A program made the translations under genes and the position numbers. From positions 4,154,001-4,218,000 of the forward strand of contig CM038998.1 of the NCBI GenBank assembly GCA_017499595.2: 64,000 nucleotides of DNA. The letters run 5' to 3'. The notes under the pieces were generated by a model. That model searched no databases and had not been told where the DNA came from. It worked only from the letters and a program-made list of their open reading frames with translations. This stretch comes from Psilocybe cubensis (Eukaryota). This document shows positions 37,241-47,188 of this stretch, one piece after another (position 1 is the first letter of the stretch; the number at the start of each line of letters is the position of its first letter).

Positions 37241-40200
37241 TTAAAAATTAAACAACAACGCAAAAAAGTGAATTGAGTAGGACTATTGTTGTTGGGTATA
37301 ATTAATTTTATGGAAACGCACATTCACATTGCGATCAAAACAAATCAAAAACAACCTTTAAAGTAACCAATGGTAAAAAGAAGTCGTAGAATGAATTGGA
37401 AAGGGGTTGCTTAGGGGGTCCGGTGACCGCTTAAGGAAAATACCGATAGCGGTAACGACATTGATCGCATCAATAATATTTTGATGGGGACAATTGGCGA
37501 GGACATTTTTGCTCGCTGGGTTGTGGGGATAAAAGAACTCATCTTTACTTACGTAAAGACTCGTAACTTGCGCCAGCGTATCCAACTTCTGTGGTGCATC
37601 AAGTCAAAGCCGGCATAGCATGAATTGCGACCAACACTCACTGTTTTGCGGGCACGCTGCCGATGAGAGAGAGGCCGAGGGGAGTGTTGAGGTGCGTTGT
37701 CGATATTTGCACTCTTGCTGATCTGTTGGACCTGTGCAGCGATGAGCAGGGAGTCAACACAAGGGCGTCGTTTAGGGGATGCTACTCACCATATTACATC
37801 TTCACAACTGTTCTGTTGAGGACACCATCAGCGCCGTCATTGGCAGCCCACAATGCAACGATGCTTACCGTCTCGATGCAGTCACCACCATATGAGGCTT
37901 GAAAGGGCGAGGGGCGCTGAGAGAAGAGCTGAGAAGACAAGGGGATGAGGGAATGAAGGTTACCAGCAAGGTGCATACCCTTTATATACCCATGGGGTTC
38001 TAGTACGAGTGTTATTAGTACGTCTGTTACATGTCGTAAGTCGACCGAATATACAGATTTTTTTTTTCGTGTCGCTTGTTAGTGTATATTCGGGTTACGC
38101 GAGGTGTGATCGGTGTGTTGAGATTGTGTGTTGGATGGGTTGGATATTGGAATAAGTGTGCTTTGACGTTGGTGCGGTACAGATATTCTTTAATGCAATG
38201 AATGAATGATATTGCGATATTGCGTCTAATCTACGAAAGCGGTTGCAGGTGTGATACGCTCAACAGGATTTGCTCAACTTGAACTGCATTTGAGCATTCG
38301 ATAAGGAATTGGAACACAAAAAGACTATTGAATAATCCATCTCAGAAGGCCTCAACTCATGTCGTTCAATCCAATTTGTTGCACTCCCGCAAAGACAAAA
38401 TAACGAAATACCATAAAATCTCTCGCAACCATCTTGAAATTTGCAAAACCCTCGATGGCTCGGGAACAGGTACGTACACCCAGACCTCGAACCATACGTA
38501 CTCGACACAAAACCCGCGTTCTAGCACTCCCGAAGGTGCGGACACTTGTTCTGGAGTCAAAAGCATGGAATACTCATCTTGTGTTCTTCTGTTCTTCTGC
38601 ACAGCGACAAATTGGACGCCGCTGCTTCTGCTAGTGGATGTGCCGTTATTGCTTAGCCGAGGGTGTTTGGGCTAGTGTAGGGCACGGAGCCGAGTTGGAG
38701 GGGAAACGATTGGAATTGGGTGGAATGCAGATTTGGGAGAGGAGGTGGAGGTGTGGTTGGTTGGGATTTGCTGCGGCAGTTGTGAGTTGTCGGCTGGATG
38801 GGGGGCTTAGAAATGTATGGTAGGATACCTTTGACTCCTATGTGAGCTTAGTAAAGGTACGCAATTGCTGTTTAAGGTGTTATTTGCATCGTATTGAACA
38901 TGTGCATTCTGGGCGCTTAACTGATCAATCGACAGTTCCACATTGCACACAGGGAATGCTGACTCTCAGACCGCTACAGAACGCACAGGTAAGATTTGTA
39001 CTTCTAATTAGGGGTTATCCAACATTGAAAAACGGCTATTCTAGGTCAGAACGTTATTTGAACGATGAGGGCATATTGACTCGGGACAACAGTACGCAAC
39101 TCGAACAAAATTTCCGACTTACCAACAATTCATCCGGGCATATTTCAGAAGCCTCACACCATACTCAACGTACTACACAGTGACTAGGTCCGGGAAAGAT
39201 GCAGAATGCACTCAAAATTGCACGCTACGTATATTGCACGCTGCAATTTGTTCAATGCCGATCTCGTTGTACTCATTTTTTCAGACCTTCTAGTTGGTAT
39301 GACGGCACCTTAGCCAAGCCGAGTAGGTCCCCGCTAGTGCCCGAGAAGACCCGCAACGAGAAAAGACGTTGGAATTAGGCTGGAATTGCGAAACGGGGGC
39401 GGGGAGGATGTGTACATGTACGTGAGTTGACATTATTGACAAATTTTGTGTGATTGCTGACTTGGGATGGATGGTATGAGTGCTTTATCGTATACCTTGT
39501 AGTCTGATAGTACAGGTGTTTCTGTGGATAGGCTTTGAAAACGAGGTATCCTCTCATTTCAGTCTGATTTTGTTGAGTCCGCGTTTGGGCGCTTAATTAT
39601 TTTGACATCCCCAACTTTTCTCAGCGTCTCAAAACTCAAGTATCACATTGAATCAGGTACGTTACATCTTGTTAGGCACCCCTAATACTCAAAAACCACC
39701 ATAGAAGTGCTCAGAGAATGAAAATGTGCAATATGTGCAAGTTCACGGCTCGGCGTGAACATGTCAAAACTTTTGGTATTTTTGCACCACCATGGGCCGT
39801 CAGCTCAGCAACCTCGCATTCCAGCATCCAGGAATGCACGGTACTACCTTTGAAAGACCGGAAATTCGACGTACGGCCTCGGTACGGCTGCCACGTCTCG
39901 TTGATACGAGCTTGCAATGGTTGGAATTGCGTACGTTTTCCAACTCGCTTCTGGGCTCTAGATCACATAGTAACAACGTCATTCATTAGCCAAGTAGCAT
40001 TAAACCCGTTGATAAGAAGATAAGCCCCAAAAACAACGAGTGAGCGACGTAAAATGATGAATCGGGGCAGGAGGAGAATGTCATTGATTTGAAGTTGTCA
40101 TAGAGTTTGCCGTTTCCTGTGTTCAAATGAGGTCAGTTCTGGATAATATAGGAATGCTTTCATAGCTTACGACCTGGAGGTGTATTGTATGTGCTGTGGT

Positions 40201-43162
40201 GAGCTATTTCCTGCAAGGAAACCGTGTTTTATGGGGCGTAAACCGTGTTTTCACTTCAAATTCAACTTGATTTTTGATTTTTGACCAGTGTTATTTACTT
40301 TTTACATTCAGGATTGAACTCTATGTCTCCTGGACCTCTGATAGAGCTCTACATAGTGCAAAACTGCGTGCCACGTCATGGTACGTTCTCCACTCGATTC
40401 GCAGTTTTACCCCGAAATTCTGCTCTTTGGACATTGTGATGGCTAGAAATAGCCAGCGCGCTAGCCTAATTAGTGTTCATGGTTTCAGAAGACCAGATTA
40501 CAGTGACTACGAGCTTGTATTCGCGATGCTGGGCTGTTGGTTTCCAGAGCAAAATCCCCTAGTTGTGCTATATTCTCGTGCACACAAGTGCCAAACTTCC
40601 ACGGACTCTGGGCGCTTATTCGCACTTTGAATGTCCTGGCATTCCGTTGATCTTTAAAATTGATTTATACCTATATGTAGTGCTTTGTGAACCTGTATCT
40701 GCCACTTTTAGCCAGTCATGTCCCTCACACGGTATGTATTTTTGGCGTGACTCTTGAAAACCTCAATTAGTAGTCGGCAGTCTTGAAATGTATAGTTCAA
40801 AGTTGTAAACCTCAAGTAGTTTGTTACATTCACGTAGGAATTAGACTCGTTGGAGAGAACTTACGTAAATTTGGGCCTGAATGTCAGATTTTAAAATCGC
40901 GATTGCGATGCAAAACAAATCGGGCACGAGTCCGACTAATCCTAAAGCGGATTGAAAGGAAGCAGCGGCGCTTATTGCATGTTACAGCACATATCGTCAT
41001 TGAATTAGAGGTGTTTAGTACACGCGTGATTTGCTGGAAATTTTAGAAGCTGTGAGACGCGTTTGACGCGTCGCGTCGCGTACAGGTGGGTGAATACTTT
41101 GGAGCCGGTGAGGAGGTGCGAGGGATTGGTGCACGTAATGTCCGAGCAACATTCAATGAAACCGGGAATCTACACATGTCCGGGTCTAACTTGTGAGGTG
41201 TTGTCAACGCCCAGTGGTTGCTGCATGCTGAAATATACAACAGCCCAGAAGGTGATCACTTCAGTATTCGGGCGTGGATTTCAGCAAGTCTACATAACAT
41301 TTAGTGTAATTCAGGTAATGATTTGACTCATAGAACCCAAGAGATTGCGAATTGTCAAGGTCCCCTAAGAAAAGAATTATGGCATTTGTATAAAAGATTT
41401 ACTTGCCTTGTAAGCTAAGGAAACAAAGTTCGTTGAAGCGAGGAGCTAGCAAAATGGTCTGAGATGCTAATAAAAATTTGACGCGACCCTGGTCAAAAAG
41501 TGTATAAGAAGGGAGTTGAATTGAGTCAACTCCAGCTATGCATTATGCCCCAATGCTGGGGGCATGCTATTCCATCCTTCTGTCGTCGTTGTGCTTCACC
41601 CCTAGCCGTTGTTTGGTCATGCCAAACACGGACTTCATCTCGCGTCATACTTTGACTTTATCCACTACCATGAGTACGTTGTATTCCTTTTTATCAAGCT
41701 TCCATGGTCTCATAATCCATCGCAGGGTTAAATTCGAGATTCGGACTTCCCGGAAACGCTGTCAAGAAGATGGCTTGTGTGTAGTAACAGGTATGTGAAT
41801 TACCTTCTGGTGTTGACCCCTGTACTGAGTGTTTATTAGTTGAAATCAGGAAGCTACGTGTCGACATGTAGGGGTTGTAATGAAAATGGAAGCCGAGCTT
41901 TTGGTTAGTACAGATTTGGACGTGTTTTAACTTGATTTTGTAGGCCAGAATGCTCCGACGCTATGTATCGCCTTCCCGCGACCTGCTTCGCCGATTCATC
42001 ACACCGAGGAAACTACATGTCGACTGCTAGGAAGGCCTTTGTAAGTAGATGTTGGAGATTTTGTATGTGCATGCACTGACCGTGATACTGTAGCTCTGAC
42101 ACAATATATCGATTTCCCGCGGATTCGAGTTGGAATTTGAACGCAATGGGTCAACAGCTAGGGATTTGTAGGCCGGGTTCTGGTAAGTATATAACGTTGT
42201 ATGGTTTGTATATGGTCTGACCTTGATGTTGTAGTTTTTATGCGTCCCGCTACCGCCATGTCTTCGTTCCCTCGCATTTCCTCCAACGCTATATAACGAC
42301 GCCCGGCAACCTCTCATCTCGTCTCAATGACTCTCCGCAATCACGTCCCAGCAAACAGTGTACTCGCTACGTTGACATGCTCAGACACGACGTATCGCCA
42401 TCCGGCGAGGGCTCTGTGCATCGTCATTGCTCCGACGTAATGTATGGACGTCCGGCAAGAGCTCTGTGCTCAGACGCAATGTATGGACGTCCGGCGAGCT
42501 GGAAAGTACAGGGTGTACTTTATTAATGCGGCGGAGCGATGGACCTATCCTGGCTGGGTACTTGTCAATACTCCTGGCCTGTGACAATGTACGGCTACAT
42601 TGCCGTCCCATCTCATTGTCCCAATCCCTCCATTCCCTCACAATTTCTCCAACCCTATTCAATGAACCCTCGCAATCTGCCCGTCGTGCCAATCTCTTTA
42701 TCCGGTCACTTTGCTTCCAACTCTCCGCAATCCTGTGTCCCAGCAAACAGCCTACACGCTGTTTCAACATCGCAAACTGTGACAATTTGTTCAGACACAA
42801 CTCCAGCGAGTACTTGGGGCATCAAGACCACATCGATGCGGAGGGAGGGACGCATCCCGGCTGGGGTACTTGCTCCAGGCTTTGGTCTCTGCCGTATTGC
42901 CGTCCACGGAGCTAAAGACCCACCCCTTCACCAATACGTTCAATCCGACAATGCACGCAACTTGTTCAACCACGGCGTAATGCTTACGGCATGTCTAAGA
43001 GAGCAGCGGCAGATCTGGTTTTCGACATTCCGAGAGCTTCAACCCTACAACCACCAGTTGAGTGGACATGTGAGTAATTTCATTTTCATTGTATTTGGCA
43101 CTGACTGACTCATTATACAGGACTTGCAGGTAAGTTTTATGTACAGTAGATAGACCGGTTAC

Positions 43163-43202
43163 GCCCCTGCATGGCCTTCGGGCGGGGCTAACCTCTGCTA
43201 GT
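43163..43202 (+). mobile_element. Candidate canonical Helitron 3' terminus
   Basis: GC-rich hairpin GCCCC...GGGGC (43163-43188), 9-nt spacer, then CTAG (43198-43201) followed by T. Confidence 0.5.
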
Positions 43203-43322
43203 ACGATAAATGTAAGGTGTTGCGTTGCATGGACTACGCTCTTTTTTTGTCCTATTAATAGATCTCGACATTTTACCGAGTACAATCTCGCCAGAAAACA
43301 CGTTAAGCGAGCCTGTTCTTCA

Positions 43323-44159
43323 CATCGACGTATTGTTATTGCTGGAGGATACATTTTATTCCCATTTTTACCTTCAATATCAGATTGCGGTTCTGAATAG
43401 AGATTTCAACAGCAAAGGTAACGAGATATATCTCGAAACGGTGTTGCTCCTGAAGGGTGCGCATTCAAGAATGCTGCATTTCGCGTCAAATATTAAAAGA
43501 TATTAGGGCTATGCAAACTGAAATGAAACAGAAACTCAGAAAAGGTGGACCAGAAACACTCAATGTGTATACCGTTGGGTAAGCTAGGTTTCTACTCTGC
43601 GGGTCAACGGTCAAACTCCAATGAGTGCGTAGGTTCCATAACACACAGGCAGAGGGCCTACTAGGATATGCGACATTCCCCACAGACTACAAGAGTCTCC
43701 CGAAGGACGACGGGGTTGTGATCCAGTATGGCACCCTTCCTGGGGGCAATTTGGCTCCGTTCAACAAAGGCAAGACGCTCACACACGAAGTCGGTCATTG
43801 GGTCGGACTTTACCACACTTTCGAGGTAAGTCTGAAAGTAATATCAGCGCAACCTCTGAACCTAGTATTTTGCTAGGGAGGATCTTGTTCATCGAGCGGC
43901 GATGAAGTCTCCGACACCCCTGCCCAATTAAAGCCTACATCTGGATGCCCCATTGCAAACCCAGACACTTGTCCTGGCAAGGCTGGCCTCGATCCTATTC
44001 GTGCGTTGATTTCTATAGCTTTCAAATTCTACGGCAATAACGGCTCTGATAGACAACTTTATGGATTACTCGGATGATGTCTGTTTGACACATTTCAGCG
44101 CTGGACAAGGGACACGCTTGAGGGCACAGCTGAGAACATACCGAGAAATTGATGTCTGA
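43323..44159 (+). pseudogene. 5'-truncated and eroded duplicate of the M43 metalloprotease
   Basis: 3' exons nearly identical to 23101-23823; upstream part has several deletions (e.g. loss of ACTGGAGTACAATACCGTCTGG) and no start codon or signal peptide. Confidence 0.85.
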
Positions 44160-45308
44160 GTATGCTTGCTACTAATTTTATGTTGGAATTGCGCAGCGAA
44201 AAGCCTTTTCCATCAGATGACAGGCATCGTTGGGCCCCACACACTGTGCTTCGCTTGAGACTTTTCCGTCATGATGGTCGTTTCTATGCACCATGTATGC
44301 ACAATGCAATGCCTCCGGACAGTCCTGCGTAGACAATCGGTAGTATAACAACGTTTGGAACTCGGTGTGTGTGCTCCTAAGCGCCAACTACAAATCTCAC
44401 CTGTACTGGCACAACGAGTTCAATTCCCAGGTGGACTGTATGGTATACAGCAGCGTTTGCCATTTTCCCAAGAGTTACCTGAGAGGAACCTTCGATGCCT
44501 ATGAATACATGGCTCCATCGTGGGTTGCACTGCGGTCAAAAGGAAAGAAAGGAGTAGAACTGTGGAGGTAAATATCACAATTTTTTGAAAAAAAAATTGC
44601 AACGATCTCCAACATACCTGTTAGACTAACTGGGTTCCGATCCATCGACGCTTTCCGTCCACTCGGCTTTCTCGCTATTACAGTTTAGTCTGGGTGATCT
44701 CGCCCTGCCGAGATCAGCGCTGAGGTCCCGGGTACACCATCACCCATATGCCACGTTTGTGAGGAGTTCTTCGCTCATGGTCCCTCATGACCTCACACAG
44801 CGGCGGTGAGCTGATAATATATTAATATGAATGTCATCTCGCAGAAATGACCATGCAGCAGATGGGAATACCGGGCTATCAGCATTTGATGATGTGAAAA
44901 AGCGCTGATTTAGAAGTGGAGCTTTCTTCATCGTTTTAACTAAATGCACCCATACCTTAAACCCAGGCTGTGGTAGCACTAGCGTTCCGTTATGGCTCCT
45001 AAACAATCGTGCCGCGTAGAGAAATGCAGCGACCCTACGCATCGGAATACAGAGCTGATAAGAGGAAATCGCCACGCTGTTCGCAGATTGTCGCTATCTA
45101 CGCAACACCAGTTCAATGTTAAGATGCTTAATTGAAGAATCTGATGGGAAAATGAAAAAATGAATGACATCTATGGGCAATTATGAGTAATAAACGAAAT
45201 AGGTACAGAAGCAGGTGATTTGTTTCAAGGACAAAGCGGCTTGATCACCAACGACGACGACCGTCTCACCTTTGCTCGACCACTCTCTTCCAGTGCATTT
45301 CGGAGTTG
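43323..45308 (+). repeat. Segmental direct duplication, copy 2 (pairs with 22870-24967)
   Basis: Homology ends at CCAGTGCATTTC.GAGTTGG, about 100 bp upstream of the G-alpha start codon. Confidence 0.93.
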
Positions 45309-45411
45309 GCGGAGGTATTATTACTTGCTCCTGTCATCACGGACATCCTTAGTATCTTCGATCCCAGCAAGCTTCAATTTTGAACAGTCGTCTTTGAAGT
45401 GTCTAATCGCC

Positions 45412-47188
45412 ATGGGCGCATGTATGTCGGCACCCGCAGGGGTCGAGATATCGGAGCAAGACAGGATTTTGCATAGGGAAGCAGAGAAACAGCTCAAAGA
45501 AGTGCGTACTATCTGTAAACTCTCATGCCACAAGCTTCAGCTAATCACTGTCATCGGCATAGGCGAAGGCCAAGTTGTCAGCCCAGGTCAAGGTTCGTCC
45601 GGGTCTGTACTTGCTCGATGCATTGACTTAGATGTGGTGCAGGTTCTTCTTCTTGGCTCAGGAGATTCAGGGAAGTCTACTATCCTCAAGGTCTGTTCTT
45701 GCCTATCATAACTTGGCGAGGTCTCACCCGGGCGCACGTATTCCCAGCAAATGCGCCTGATACACAAGGTCCCATTTTCGGCTCAAGAAATTGAACATTA
45801 TCGACAGCTGGTATTTGACAACCTCACCCGAGGACTGCGATACCTTCTGGACGCCATGGAGGACATGGAGCTCACCGTTTCAGACGAGAACCTTCCGCAC
45901 TTGGAGCTGATTGATGGTGTCAGAGATATCCGTGATGGAGAACCTTTCCCTGTTGCCTACTATGTGCCGCTCAAATCCCTATGGTCGGACCCTAACGTGC
46001 AAAAGGCATGGGCCAGAGGAAACGAGGCTGCTCTGCCGGAGAAGCAAGTCGCCCGTCCTTCATTCATCCATTATTCTAATACATTTCTTAGTCTTTCCTA
46101 CTTTTATGCAGACCTCGAGCGATTGTTCGACCCAGCCTATCAACCTACCGAGCAGGATATCATTCGTTGTAGGGCGCGGACTATCGGCATTACAGAAACT
46201 ACCTTTACGCTACGGGAGCACGAGATGCTCATGGTCGACGTTGGAGGGCAGAAAAGCGAGCGACGAAAATGGATACACTGTTTCCAAGACGTGACGAGTA
46301 TATTGTTCCTGGTAAGCTTAAGCGGGTACGATCAATGTCTGGTGGAGGACAAGGATGCAGTATGTCTTCTGATCGTCACGCATCACGGAGTAATGGCGCT
46401 GATTGTATCGGCTACAGAACCAGATGCAAGATGCCATGACTATCTGGGATTCAATTTGCCACTCACAGTGGTTCAAGCAAACATCAATCGTAAGCTTTGT
46501 ATGCATGTCATTGATTGATTGCTCATGTATTTCAGATTCTATTTCTCAACAAAAACGATCTTTTCGAGAAAAAAATACCCACATCTGATATAAAGAACTT
46601 TTTCCCGGTATATACCAGTTCTTCTATCTGTCGAATGCAATCTAATGCTCATGATGTGATTGTGATTCTATTAGGATTTCGAAGGCGAGCCAGGTGACGT
46701 CCGCGCCGGGCGGGAGTATTTTAAACGTCGATTCGCAAGACTGGCTCAGAAAGCGGGTAGATCAAAAGAGAGAGAAATATACATCCAGTCAGTCTTTCTT
46801 TAACTCTTTTGCGTATAATATCTAATGTACAACTATTTTGCATCTTCACTTCGCCTTTTGGGCAATAGTATAACGACGGCAACTGATACGGCGCTGCTCC
46901 GAGTAGTGATGGCCGCGGTCGAAGGTACTTTTTATTTTTATTTATTCGCATAAGAATGATATATCTGACTTATGTGTTCCACAGAGTGAGTTTTCATTTC
47001 TATGTTATTTTTTTCCATTCTACTTGGTTGCACACCGTTGCTTTTTTCTCTTGTGTTGTCGGAATTTCGGGGATGCGTCTCCGAAATTTCCAAGTGTCCA
47101 ACTGTACGCTCATCATGTATCCCTTTTCTTTTTGCACTTGCACAGCATCACTCTCCGATCAAGTCTCGAAAGTGCAGCATTGATTTAA
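45412..47188 (+). CDS. Heterotrimeric G-protein alpha subunit, multi-exon, including a GC-AG intron and a predicted 1-nt exon
   Basis: MGAC N-terminus (myristoylation/palmitoylation type), LLLGSGDSGKST, RARTIGI, DVGGQKSERRKWIHCF, LFLNKND, TTATDT; last exon 47146-47188 gives DITLRSSLESAALI*. Confidence 0.95.

Larger units (their letters stand above)
27389..37566 (-). mobile_element. Non-autonomous Helentron/Helitron2-like element X, outer copy (interrupted)
   Basis: On the minus strand it starts TTACGAGTCTTTACGTAAGTAAAGA (37566) and ends CGTAAAGACTCGT-CAT-GCCACGCTCCGCGGTGGC-CCACTAAAACAAG (27389). Segments 27389-31029 plus 36154-37566 are the reverse complement of the inner copy. Confidence 0.8.

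Noticed and set aside
39300-39340. GCCGAGTAGG...CTAG motif, also on the minus strand at ~9447-9475, as further Helitron ends
   Set aside because: One hairpin arm is missing at each site; too weak without genome-wide copies.
42381-43108. Overlapping ORFs upstream of the candidate Helitron end as a Rep-helicase remnant
   Set aside because: No HUH, YxxK or Pif1 motifs visible; only a 39-bp tandem pair at ~42428-42499.
24968-43202. The 18-kb island as a Starship-like or other single giant transposon
   Set aside because: No tyrosine recombinase, transposase or matching termini are visible at the island edges.
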